Part shown: piece by piece, positions 45,389 to 56,814 of the stretch
Layout: each line of letters begins with the position of its first letter
Numbering within the stretch: the stretch's first letter is position 1
NCBI GenBank assembly: GCA_963812985.1
Contig: CAWEXI010000002.1
Span: 90,880-154,879, forward strand
Origin: an uncultured Verrucomicrobiae bacterium
GTDB lineage: Bacteria > Verrucomicrobiota > Verrucomicrobiia > Methylacidiphilales > UBA1321
DNA: 64,000 nt
Direction of reading: 5' to 3'
The notes under the pieces: generated by a model
Database searches by the model: none
What the model saw: only the letters and a program-made list of their open reading frames with translations
What the model was told of the DNA's origin: nothing
Made by a program: the position numbers and the translations under genes

Positions 45389-46761
45389 ATGCCTGCTTCC
45401 TGGCTCCGTCCCCTCACCGCGCTTTTTCCGAAAGGCGTGGTTGCGTTCGATGCGGAGACGCTGGCCGCGCACGCCGGCGACGCCTGGTTCGCCAGCACGC
45501 TGCCGCAGGCGGTGGTCTTTCCGCGCAAGGCGGAGGACGTGGCGGAGCTGCTCCGATTCGCGAACAAGCGCAAGATTCCCGTCACGGCGCGCGGCGCGGG
45601 TCGCGGCTACGTCGGCGGATGCGTGCCGAAGAAGCACGGCATCGTCGTCTCGTTCGCGCGGATGAATCGCATCCTCGAAATCAATCCGGTCGACGGCGTC
45701 GGCGTGGTGCAGCCCGGCGTCATCACGGGGGAATTCCAGGCGCAGGCGCGCCAGCACGGCCTGCTCTATCCGCCCGATCCGGCGAGCCTGAAGGAATGCT
45801 CGCTCGGCGGCAACGTCGCCACCAACGCGGGCGGACCGCGCTGCCTGAAATATGGCGTGACGCGCAACTACGTGCTCGGCCTGCAGGTCGCGCTGGCCGA
45901 CGGCACGCTGGTGCGCGTGGGCGGCCGCACGGTGAAAAACAAAAGCGGCTTCGACCTCGTCGGCATTTTCGTCGGCTCGGAAGGACTGCTCGGCCTCGTC
46001 ACCGAAATCACGCTGCGCCTGATTCCCGCGCCGCCCGCGCGGGCCGTCCTGGCCGCATCGTTTGCGAATGCCTCCAGTCGCCGCGGCCTGCGTGCAGCAT
46101 GTCCTTCGCGAAGGCTTTCTCCCCTCCGCGCTCGAGCTGGCCGATCGCTTCACGCTCGAGGCCGCGCGACGTCATCTCGGCGCGAAACATATCCCGCGCG
46201 GCAATGCGCATCTCCTGGTCGAGATCGACGGCCAGCCGGCTTCCGTCCGCTCGGAGGTCCGCATCCTCGCCGAGTTGCTCAAGGCCGGCGGCGCGCTGGA
46301 AATCACCACGGCGACGACCGAAGCCGCCTGCGAACGGCTCTGGGATTTGCGCCGCGAATTCTCCGCCTCGCTGAAGGCGACCGGCCTGACCAAGCTCAAC
46401 GAGGACATCTGCGTGCCGCGCAGCCGGCTGGTCGATCTGTTCGATTTCACCGCGCGGCTGCAAAAGAAATACCGGGTCGAGATCGCCTCGTTCGGTCACG
46501 CGGGCGACGGCAATATCCACGTCAACATCATGGCCGACATGACCCAGCCGCGGCGTGAAGGAACGGGCCGACCGCGCGCTGGACGAGCTCTTCCGCCAGA
46601 TCATCGCCTGGGGCGGCGCGATCACCGGCGAGCACGGCATCGGCCTGGCCAAGCTGCCGTGGTGGCCGCAGGCGGCCTCACCGGAATTGCGCCGGCTGCA
46701 CGCCCGCATCAAGGACGCGCTCGACCCGAAGCGCATTCTCAACCCGGGAAAATTTGTTTGA
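45389..46761 (+). CDS. FAD-linked oxidase (GlcD-like; indels)
   Basis: YPPDPAS, GGNVATNAGG, GSEGLLG, FGHAGDGNIH, GEHGIG, DPKRILNPGK. Confidence 0.9.
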
Positions 46762-46836
46762 GACGTGCCCGCGGCGACCTAATTTGTCGTGCTGGCGCTG
46801 ATCGCCTTGCCGCAGCGGCGTCCTTGATCTGCCTGA

Positions 46837-47155
46837 TCATGCCGCATTTTGTTCGGCGAGCTCGATCTCCGCCTGCAATTCCTTGGCATTCTCAGCATCG
46901 GCCTTGGCCCGGGCTTCGGCTGCGGCCTTGGCCTTGTCTGGATCGTAGTCAAATCTGTCCTGCAAGATCAGGCGGCAGCTTGAAGAGGGGAACCAATGCG
47001 CCGCCGTCCTTATAAATAATCGTGACGGCATCGTCCTCAACCCGAACCACTTTCACGTTTTGGTATTTAATTCCATCGGTCGTCGTCCAGTCTTCGGCGA
47101 AAGCGGAGATGGAAGTAGAAAGCCCAAGCACGCGCCAAAATGAAGTGCTCTTCAC
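46837..47155 (-). CDS. Small secreted hypothetical protein (indel)
   Basis: AFAEDWTTTDGIKYQNVKVVRVEDD..LPPDL/QDRFDYDPDKA. Confidence 0.55.
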
Positions 47156-47258
47156 GGCGGTAAACCTAGCATGTGTTCGCGCGGCAGATCAATAACGGAC
47201 TATACATATTTGCAGATTTTATCTTTACGGAGCTGTTTCTAATTCAGCTGAACTTGAA

Positions 47259-47754
47259 TCAGACGATGTCCTCGCCGAAAAGGGGCCCGGAGGCTGGCCC
47301 TTTTTTTCGCGAAGCGCCTGCCGGATTTTCTCCAGCTCCTCGGTGCGATCTTCCGTTTCTTCCCACACATCCTGGCTGACAAAAATCGGCGCCTTGGCCT
47401 GCGTGGCCAGGACGATGCAGTCGCTGGGACGCGCATCGATCTCGATGACCTTGGAGTGAACCTCGTTCTGGGCCTTGAGAATGATCCGGGCGAAGTAGGT
47501 ATTGCTGCGCAAGCGCATTGATCACGACCCGCTCCACTTTGATGTCGAAGGCGTTGAAAATATAGCCGATCAGTTCGTGGGTCAGCGGACGCTCGTTATG
47601 CTCGCCCCGCATCGACATGGCGATGGCGCGCCCGACGCTCGGCTCGACATGGATGACGAAGCTCTTTTCCTCGTTACCGATGAAAATGGCCAAGCGTGTG
47701 CTGGTCGGTGGGGAAAACGCCAAAAACTTCCACGCGCACGACATCCGTGTTCAC
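47259..47754 (-). CDS. Bifunctional nuclease / DUF151 protein (indels)
   Basis: RPLTHEL, TYFARIIL, EIDARPSDCIVLA. Confidence 0.88.
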
Positions 47755-48135
47755 ATCTAAGAAATACCACCGCTCGACCGGAATGACAACGACGTAACGG
47801 CCCGGAAGCGATTTAATCTATGGCATTGTGCGCCACCGACCGATCATGCCTGGAGCGGCGAGAACAGACGGACGCTTTAGGTCCGATGCAGGAAGTTCGG
47901 CGCGACTACGGCCCCGGCTTGAGACAGAGCCTTGCAGCCGTTCAAGTCTCCCTCGTAGGCAAGAACCGCAATGCCCTGCTCGTCATAGACCGTGAACGAG
48001 TTTTGCGTCGCGCGAATGAGCAAGATGATCCAGAGCCGCGTCGACTCCCGAGACGACGAGAAAAAGGCTGACGATCAAGAGAGCAAAAGTTTTCAGAAAT
48101 CGTCTTCACGCGTAGGCCTCACTAGACTGACAATA

Positions 48136-48913
48136 CTATGACAGAAATCCAGTCAAAGGGCTAGTGGGATTTGCCGTACGGCTGGGAGCGCCCAAACCGA
48201 CCTCCCAAGCCGTGCGTCCCGCTTCGACGGCATCACGAAAAGCCCGGGCCATGCGGGCGGGATCGCGAGCCGCAGCCAAGGCGGTATTGACGAGCACGCC
48301 ATCCGCTCCAAGTTCCAGCGCCGCAGCAGCATGCGACGGAGCGCCCAGTCCGGCATCGATGATCACCGGCACGGTCGCCTGCTCGATGATGATCTCGAGC
48401 TGCCCGCGCGTTTCGAGGCCGCGATTGGAGCCGATGGGCGAGCCGAGCGGCATGACCGTAGCCGTGCCGACGTCCTGAAGGCGCTTGGCCAGAACGGGAT
48501 CGGCATTGATATAGGGCAGGACGACGAAACCTTCTTTGACGAGGATTTCCGCGGCAGCCAGCGTTTCGATCGGGATCGGGCAGGAGATAGCGCGGATCGG
48601 GATGAATCTCGAGCTTCACCCACTTGGGCAGCCCCGCCGCCGCGGCCAGGCGCGCCAGGCGCACCGCTTCGGCGGCATTCATCGCGCCGCTGGTATTGGG
48701 CAGGAGGAGATATTTCTTGGGATCGATGAAATTGAGGATATCGGCGTAGGGATCGTCCTTGCCGGTGAGATCGGCGCGGCGCAGGGCCACCGTGACGATC
48801 TCCGTGCCGCTGGCCTCGAGGCACTCGGCCATCGCCTGGTTGGAGGAAAACTTGCCCGTGCCCACGAGCAGCCGTGAGCCAAAAGTGCGTCCCGCGATGG
48901 TAAGGCCGGTCAT
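48136..48913 (-). CDS. thiG: Thiazole synthase (one indel)
   Basis: [49 protein letters not shown]. Confidence 0.95.
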
Positions 48914-49213
48914 AAGCGACCCTGCTTTGCCATCTTGGATTCGTCCCAAAATTCCCAAATCACGCACGGTATTTCGCGGATTAAGGTTCGTAACGACCAT
49001 TTGGAGGAACCTGCCACGCAGTCAACATAGGCTTGGGGGTTTTCGCATTCCAAAAACCCCACCACCAAATTCCGATTCTCCTCGAATCGCTGCCGATGGG
49101 GATGCTCGGGATGTTCCCAGACATAAAGCAGGCGCGCGCCGAGTCCTTGGGTTCTTCCAGAGGATTCGTGAATATTGAAGCCGGGCGGCGTCGTCGAGGC
49201 TAAGGGCGGTCAT
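48910..49213 (-). CDS. Small hypothetical protein, partner of the upstream nucleotidyltransferase (indels)
   Basis: ATGA overlaps at both ends; pieces [23 protein letters not shown] and [20 protein letters not shown]. Confidence 0.5.
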
Positions 49214-49665
49214 TTTGTTATCAAGCCACTATACAATGCCCAGTGGTGATGTGCGAGGTCTCTCGGTTCGCTTCGTTTCAACTTCGGCGCCATCAGATCT
49301 TCAGCTGCGGGAACCAAAACACTGAGTAAGCCATACTCTTTTTGTGCGGCGCGTTCCCTCCACTCCGAGGGCATTCCACTCAATGCCTCCGAAGGCATGA
49401 GGTTGATATGCCAGCCGTTCTCACGTTCGAAGGCTGAACCAATATGAGCCTCGTAGCAAAGCTCCACGATTTCATCGTCGGAGGTAATCGGATCCACATC
49501 CATGCTGTTTTCGGGCAAAGGGGTTTCAATCCCCCGTTGTGCCGCGTGCCATAACAATGCACCTGAACCGATCAAAATCATCCTGCCTGGGGCTTTCAAT
49601 TTTTGGCCCCACCCTATTAACCACTGCTCGACTTGCACGGGGTATCTAAGTTCGCGGCTCGGCAT
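49210..49665 (-). CDS. DUF6036-like (AbiEii-related) nucleotidyltransferase
   Basis: LIGSGAL..SMDVD (GS + DxD), MPSEWRER, EDLMAPKLKRSEPRD; start set at ATG 49665. Confidence 0.7.
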   Translation of the reverse strand: MPSRELRYPVQVEQWLIGWGQKLKAPGRMILIGSGALLWHAAQRGIETPLPENSMDVDPITSDDEIVELCYEAHIGSAFERENGWHINLMPSEALSGMPSEWRERAAQKEYGLLSVLVPAAEDLMAPKLKRSEPRDLAHHHWALYSGLITK

Positions 49666-49783
49666 CAATCGAATCTGTCCAAATTCCAACCTTTCGTCAA
49701 AAGCTGCCTTCGTAATTCTTGCTTGTGCTTCCCGGCGATCCTGCTTAGCTAAGCCATTCCCTTTTAACCCAAAGAGCACCTTT

Positions 49784-49939
49784 ATGTCCCAGCATCGCAG
49801 CCTCCGTTCCTCCAGCACCATCGCAGCCAAGCGCAACGTTCTCAAGCGTTTCGAGCGCGTCGACCTGCTCAAAAAGCGCGGCGTGTGGAAAGAGGGCCGC
49901 AGCGTGATGAACCTGCCCAAGACCAAGCCCGACGCTTAA
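49784..49939 (+). CDS. PVC-signature small basic protein (TIGR04137-like)
   Basis: MSQHRSLR..KRNVLKRFERVDLLKKRGVWKEG..LPKTK. Confidence 0.9.
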   Translation: MSQHRSLRSSSTIAAKRNVLKRFERVDLLKKRGVWKEGRSVMNLPKTKPDA

Positions 49940-50039
49940 TCGGTCTGGCGGACGGCAGTCGTCTTTCGAACGGCATCTTTTCTGCCGTTGCATCCGGCAT
50001 GCGCGCGGCATTGCTTTTTTCGCTTCATTTAAGCGAAAG

Positions 50040-50826
50040 GTGTATCTCGTGCGTTTGAACCAATATCTTGCCCGGGCCGGTTTCGGTTCGCGGCGCGCGT
50101 GCGAGGAGCTGATCCTCGAAGGCGCCGTCACGATCAACGGCCATCGCCTGCGCGAACTGGCCACGCGGGTCGACGCCGGACGACAACGTCCTCGTCCACG
50201 GCAAGCCGGTGAAGATGCCGCTGCCGCTCGTCGCCATCCTGCACAAGCCGCCCGGCTATCTCTGCACCTCGCCCGAGTCGACCACCGAGCGCACCATCTA
50301 CGATCTCCTGCCCAGCCGGCTGGCCGCGCGTCGTCTATGTCGGCCGGCTCGACAAGGATTCCGAGGGCCTGCTCGTCGTCACCAACGACGGCAATCTCGC
50401 CCAGCGCCTGACGCATCCTTCCACCAAGATGCGGAAGACCTACATCGTCACGCTCGACAAGCGAATTCGATTTCGCCCTCGCGCCGAAGATGAAAAAGGG
50501 CATCTCCATCGAGGAAGGATTCGCCCGGATGGAGGACATTTTCCGGGTCGGACCGCGCACGCTGAAGGTGGTGCTGACCCAGGGCCTCAAGCGGCAGATC
50601 CGCGAAATGTTTTACAAGGTCGGCTACGAAGTGAAGCGGCTCGTCCGCGTGCAGATCGGCAATCTTTCGCTCGATAAGCTGCCCGCCGGCCAGCATCGCG
50701 TGCTGACCCAGGACGAGGTGAAGCGCTATTTTCCGACCGGACCCGCCATGCGTTCCGCCAAGAAAAAGCCATTCGTGAAAGCGTCACGCCCCGCGACAAA
50801 ACTTCCATCGAAGAAGGAACTGCCCC

Positions 50827-50834
<8 letters not shown>
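50040..50834 (+). CDS. RsuA/RluB-family pseudouridine synthase (indels)
   Basis: RLNQYLARAGFGSRR (S4), HKPPGY, GRLDKDSEGLL, GLKRQIREMF. Confidence 0.9.
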
Positions 50835-52243
<1,409 letters not shown>

Positions 52244-52244
52244 T

Positions 52245-52302
52245 GTAGCCACTGTCTATGACCGATCGCTTCGGCTTTCGTCATCCTGAGCTTGTCGAAG
52301 GA
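52245..52302 (+). repeat. Composite REP-like repeat, copy 2
   Basis: GTAGCCACTGTC.. then GTCATCCTGAGCTTGTCGAAGGA (22/23 identical to 16813-16835), just after the argH stop. Confidence 0.6.
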
Positions 52303-52315
52303 ATCAATGGGCTGC

Positions 52316-52975
52316 CTATTTGTCCGCAGGCAATTTCATCGGCTTGCCAACCGCGCCGTTACAGACTGCACATTCAGTAAGATCGGTATAGGCAGGCGCA
52401 TAATATTCGATTCCATTTGGACTGGCCTGGTCGCTCATTGTACGGAAACTTTTGAGATCCTGCATTCCTCGTTGGCGTGCTTTCTCAAGGCCCTTTTCCA
52501 GAGTATCACGAGCATCTTGTGACAGATTCATTTCGTCCATGCGCCGTGACAGCCAATCTTTTACCATGCTGTTAATCGCCATGAGGCGTTGGTGCGGGTC
52601 CGCACTATAAAGTTGTTGATGGAGCGCCGGGGCGAGACCAGCGCCAAATGTCGCGCCTTCCCCTCCTTTCATACTGTAAAAGGCGTCCGGCCGGGAGCGA
52701 TAAGCCTGCAGCGCCCAAATCGTGGCCGTACAAATCGGACAGGCATAAATGAAATGGAAGTAGCACTGCTTGTCTTTTTTCATCAGGATTTGATCTACGT
52801 CCTGATTTGAAACGCCATCTTCATAGAGGCCTTCGAGAACGCTATAAAAAATAAAGCGTGACGTTTCATCAACCTTCTCATGTAAAAGAGGATTTTCTCC
52901 AGTGACGGATTGAGCGGGCGAATAGGACAGCGGCAGGAGAAAGGCGACGATCGCGAGAACGAGGACGGTTTTCAT
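52316..52975 (-). CDS. Secreted hypothetical protein with two CxxC motifs
   Basis: Signal peptide; CPIC and CAVC; intact ORF. Confidence 0.75.
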   Translation of the reverse strand: MKTVLVLAIVAFLLPLSYSPAQSVTGENPLLHEKVDETSRFIFYSVLEGLYEDGVSNQDVDQILMKKDKQCYFHFIYACPICTATIWALQAYRSRPDAFYSMKGGEGATFGAGLAPALHQQLYSADPHQRLMAINSMVKDWLSRRMDEMNLSQDARDTLEKGLEKARQRGMQDLKSFRTMSDQASPNGIEYYAPAYTDLTECAVCNGAVGKPMKLPADK

Positions 52976-52989
52976 ATTGTAGATTAATA

Positions 52990-55344
52990 TCAAAAATTCT
53001 TCGATTGCCAGTTGGGATTCTTCATCGTGCCGTCGGCGTGGAACTCGAAGATTTTGCTCAGCGGGTAAAGCGGTATGCCGAAGATCGCGTTGGCGTTCAC
53101 GCGCATGTCGAGATCAAGGTGATCGGTGAGAAAGCTGTAGCTGCCGTTGCCGATGAGCGCAAATAACTCGCTGCTGATGTTCATGTCGTCGGTATGAATG
53201 ACGCCCTTGGCCACGGTGAAATGACCGTGAGCCGCATCGGCGACGGTAAAGCCGGGAATTAACGGCGTCAGCGTACCGAGAAAAGGTATCGACGTGATGT
53301 CGCCATTTTCGATTTTCACCTCGCCCGATCCGGCCATCGATTCCATGCGACCGATTTCACCGGTGAGATGGGCCTGCGCCGTCAATTCGCCCGACGACTT
53401 ATCGTAGTGCCAGGTACGGGTCATGAACTTCTTAAAGTTCACCTTGGCCAGGTTGAGATCCATGGTGTAAGCCGCCGGATTTTCCCGCAGATTCATGTCG
53501 AGCGTTCCGAAAAGATTGCCGTCGTAAAAGCCGCATTGTTTCATGTCAACAGTAAGGCGGCGGTTCTTGAAAGTGAGAATTCCGTTCGGGCTATCGAAGC
53601 TGTATGGCACGTGAAAAAGCGTCCACTCCATGGGCGATTTTCCCTCAACGTCGACGGTGAGATCGGTGTTGAGGTCCTTTTTTTCGCTCTGCAGATCGAC
53701 CGTACCGTTGGTGCGGACCAGGGGTGGGCGGGCGAAATGATACGGTTTGGTATATTCGGTAAATTTCGGGCCCATGACCGGCGCGACTTCCTGCACGTTG
53801 ACCTGTGTGACCAGGTCGTGAAGTTCCACCGACCGATTCTTGAAGTCGTAGATAATCCCGCCCGCGCCGCTTCCCTCCGGTCGGTGGACCTCCAGATTCG
53901 GCAGGTCCAATTTCGAATCAGCAAAGGTAAAATCCGAAGTGGCCGAGTCGAACGCGGCGGTTTTATAAACGAACTTGTCGGCCGCCAGCTTGCCCTTAAC
54001 CGTCCAGGCGTCGGTCTTGAGCGCGTAGCCCGTTGCGGTCGCTTCAATTTTCGGGCCGCCCGCCTGGAAACTGCAACTGTTGAGGAAGTTGTCCATCCCC
54101 TCCCCGAACACGCCTTTGAGGATGGTGGGATCGAGATTCGAAGTGATCTTGCCGTTGAGCGTGGGCGTGTCTTTGGTCCCGTCAAAAAAGAATTCGAGGT
54201 CCACGTTTCCCGCCTGTCCGGCCATTTTAAGTCCGGGAATCAGCAATCTATGTCCGTCGTAGGCGATCGGGATGGTCAGTGAATCAAAGGAGATTCCGTT
54301 GAAAGCGAAATTATGCCAGTCGAGATCGGCCTGGATATCGGCGTGAAATCCCTGCTCGAGATCGAAAGTCACATGGCCTGTCGTGACCGGAACGGAGTTC
54401 GAAAAGTCGAGCCGGATGAGCGCCTGGCCCAGCGGGCCAGGAAACGCCGGAGCCAGCGTGGTGAAGTCGGCGGAGGACGTGAACTGGACCTCGGCGGTGC
54501 GGTCAGCGAGATTCCACTCGCCGTAGGCGGTCAGGTCGCCGCGTTCCAGGCCGATTTTGAAATCGCTCAGCTCCACGATTCCATCGTTGAGGCTGCCGCG
54601 AATGGACAACTCATCAACAGGCGCGGATCGCCACGTCAAATGGCTCCCATCGAGAGCGAAGTTGGCGCGGCCAGAGCCGAGGTCGCGCGTCGAAGTTTCA
54701 AATTCAAATTGGACGTCGATGGGCTGTTCCGTTCCAATGTCGTCCATGGATTGCAGAATGGTCCGCCACGTTCTCTGCCGCGCCGTCAGTTGCTCGGGAG
54801 TGGGCGGTTTGGCCGCCGGAAAGCCGTCGTTGTGGATCTGGCCACGAATGGAAAGCGCCAGATTAAGAAAGCGCGCCTCGGCATTTTCAATCTTGATGTC
54901 CTTTCCGTCGAAGGCGACATCGGCATTAACCTGGGTGAAGTCGGCCGTTTCCTCGGGCCCAACGGGGTAGCTGACATCGGCGTTCGAGATGCTGGCGCTG
55001 TCGATCAGGCCGCTACCCCGCCACCAACTTAACCAGGCAAAGCTGATCCGCACCTGGTCCACCTGGAGCATGACGCTCTGACGATTGGCATCGCGAAAAA
55101 CGGTGACGCGATCCGCCAAAACCGCACCGGTTGGATCGAGCAGAAGTCGGTCGACTGAGACAGGAAAGGGGAAGATGTGACGCTTTTGAATTTCGGCCAG
55201 GAGATAAACCTTGGCGACGTCGGGCAGGCCCAAAAAACGGAGCCAAAGGACCGCCACGAGAATCGGAACGGCGATCGTCACTAGCGTACCAAGGGTCAAC
55301 CGCGCCAGCAGGCGTCTCACGTAGTGGCGATACGATTTCATCAA
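52990..55344 (-). CDS. AsmA/TamB-like periplasmic beta-taco protein
   Basis: N-terminal TM, long beta-rich body, AsmA-like end FEFHADGTMKNPNW. Confidence 0.8.
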   Translation of the reverse strand: MMKSYRHYVRRLLARLTLGTLVTIAVPILVAVLWLRFLGLPDVAKVYLLAEIQKRHIFPFPVSVDRLLLDPTGAVLADRVTVFRDANRQSVMLQVDQVRISFAWLSWWRGSGLIDSASISNADVSYPVGPEETADFTQVNADVAFDGKDIKIENAEARFLNLALSIRGQIHNDGFPAAKPPTPEQLTARQRTWRTILQSMDDIGTEQPIDVQFEFETSTRDLGSGRANFALDGSHLTWRSAPVDELSIRGSLNDGIVELSDFKIGLERGDLTAYGEWNLADRTAEVQFTSSADFTTLAPAFPGPLGQALIRLDFSNSVPVTTGHVTFDLEQGFHADIQADLDWHNFAFNGISFDSLTIPIAYDGHRLLIPGLKMAGQAGNVDLEFFFDGTKDTPTLNGKITSNLDPTILKGVFGEGMDNFLNSCSFQAGGPKIEATATGYALKTDAWTVKGKLAADKFVYKTAAFDSATSDFTFADSKLDLPNLEVHRPEGSGAGGIIYDFKNRSVELHDLVTQVNVQEVAPVMGPKFTEYTKPYHFARPPLVRTNGTVDLQSEKKDLNTDLTVDVEGKSPMEWTLFHVPYSFDSPNGILTFKNRRLTVDMKQCGFYDGNLFGTLDMNLRENPAAYTMDLNLAKVNFKKFMTRTWHYDKSSGELTAQAHLTGEIGRMESMAGSGEVKIENGDITSIPFLGTLTPLIPGFTVADAAHGHFTVAKGVIHTDDMNISSELFALIGNGSYSFLTDHLDLDMRVNANAIFGIPLYPLSKIFEFHADGTMKNPNWQSKNF

Positions 55345-55488
55345 ATGGCCGTCATCCCTAGGTTATGCCGCTTGTCACGACAAACCTAGTATTCGTGATC
55401 GCACGGGCGGTGTCGAAGCAACTCTTCGCCCACCGTGGAGCACGGCAATCAGGCGGCAGCGGAAAAATCCGCGCTGACCAAGTCGACT

Positions 55489-56187
55489 CTAGTTACGCGA
55501 ACGATTCAACAGAAGCATCATCCAATAGGCGGCGGTCAGGATGGTGCCAATGAGCGCTGCGACGTAAGTCAGGCCGGCGGCGTTAAGGGTGGCGTTGACG
55601 GCGTTGGCCTCGACACCCGGACGGACGATACCGAGTTGCTGAAGCACGACTTTAGCGCGCGCACTGGCGTCAAATTCAACCGGCAGGGTGATGAGCTGAA
55701 AGAAAACCATTGTGCCGAAACAAAGCGCCGCAATCCACAGGCAAAGGTGAGCGCTGATCAAGCCGAACATCAGCGAGGCCATGATGACATAGAACACCGC
55801 GTTGCTGGCGATGTTCGTGGCGTAGACGGTGCCCATGCGGACTTGCAGCGGCAAATAATGTTTCTGATGCTGCAGGGCGTGGCCGCATTCGTGCGCCGCC
55901 ACTCCGACATTCGCAGCGGAAGATCCTTCAAAATTCTCCGGCGAAAGCACGAGCGTCTTGTGCAACGGGTCGTAATGGTCGCCGAGAAAACTCTGCCCCT
56001 CGACGATTTGGACATCCGAAATACCAGCCCATTGCAGGATGCGCGCCGCCGCCTGTGCTCCGGTCAACCCCGAAGCGACGGGGACGCGGCAGGACCTGGC
56101 ATAAACGCTCTTCAAATAGGCGGAGGCTGCCAGCGAAATCACCGCCGTCAGGCCGATCACTAACCAATAAAGTGGATCGAAAAACAT
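55489..56187 (-). CDS. Neutral zinc metallopeptidase (YugP-like)
   Basis: DHYDP, VAAHECGHALQH, TLPVEFDASARA, AAGLTYVAA. Confidence 0.92.
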   Translation of the reverse strand: MFFDPLYWLVIGLTAVISLAASAYLKSVYARSCRVPVASGLTGAQAAARILQWAGISDVQIVEGQSFLGDHYDPLHKTLVLSPENFEGSSAANVGVAAHECGHALQHQKHYLPLQVRMGTVYATNIASNAVFYVIMASLMFGLISAHLCLWIAALCFGTMVFFQLITLPVEFDASARAKVVLQQLGIVRPGVEANAVNATLNAAGLTYVAALIGTILTAAYWMMLLLNRSRN

Positions 56188-56271
56188 GTTTATCTTACGA
56201 GACGAGATAATATGAGACTGTCCGGTCAGACTTGCAAAGACTTGGGGCGTTACAGAAAAGCAACAGTCGCC

Positions 56272-56637
56272 TCAAGACATAAAGCCTTCCGACTTAAGAT
56301 AGCGGACCATTTTCGACCTCTCGTGGGGTGAAAGCTCTCCGACGACATGGATGAAGCGCTTGCCCTCGGATTCCAGGACCGAAACGACCTGTTTGCCGTG
56401 ATTGACCTTGAACTGCGCAATCAATTCGCCCGGTCCCACAGGATCCTTGCCGCTGAAAAAAAGCTCGTCCGGGACCCGCCCGTAATCCGAAATCGCGTTG
56501 AGGACTTTTCTCTGCCAGCGGCGTTGCTCCCGCCGGAACCAATAAAAGCAGGCGACGAAGACCGTAAGGGAAGCGCAGGCGGCAATGATGACGGTCAGCG
56601 CGAGAAACAGAAGTTCATTCGCTTTAAAATCCATCGT
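56272..56637 (-). CDS. Hypothetical single-TM protein
   Basis: Intact ORF; N-terminal TM followed by a basic stretch. Confidence 0.6.
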   Translation of the reverse strand, partial: TMDFKANELLFLALTVIIAACASLTVFVACFYWFRREQRRWQRKVLNAISDYGRVPDELFFSGKDPVGPGELIAQFKVNHGKQVVSVLESEGKRFIHVVGELSPHERSKMVRYLKSEGFMS

Positions 56638-56814
56638 GGCGATTGAATCCATACTTCGATAAGGAACGCGCATCGACGGTGAAAGTCAAAACGAACTTGG
56701 AGATGATCTCCTGCGGCAGAGGTAGCGATGGCAAAAAATTGGCAAGCCGTCTCGACGGCAGCACTCATTGCCCAGCTAAGGATTCACTGGACCACTAACG
56801 CTTGTCGCTAACTA

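Noticed and set aside
47790-48115. Possible small exported protein on the minus strand, or the 83-aa plus-strand ORF
   Set aside because: Only a hydrophobic leader is visible; too fragmented to call.
48914-49780. TPP riboswitch or thiS upstream of thiG
   Set aside because: No TPP consensus and no small GG-ending ORF; the space is filled by the NTase pair.
49666-49926. N-terminal extension of the 238-aa ORF
   Set aside because: Antisense to the PVC small basic protein; ATG 49665 is the likelier start.
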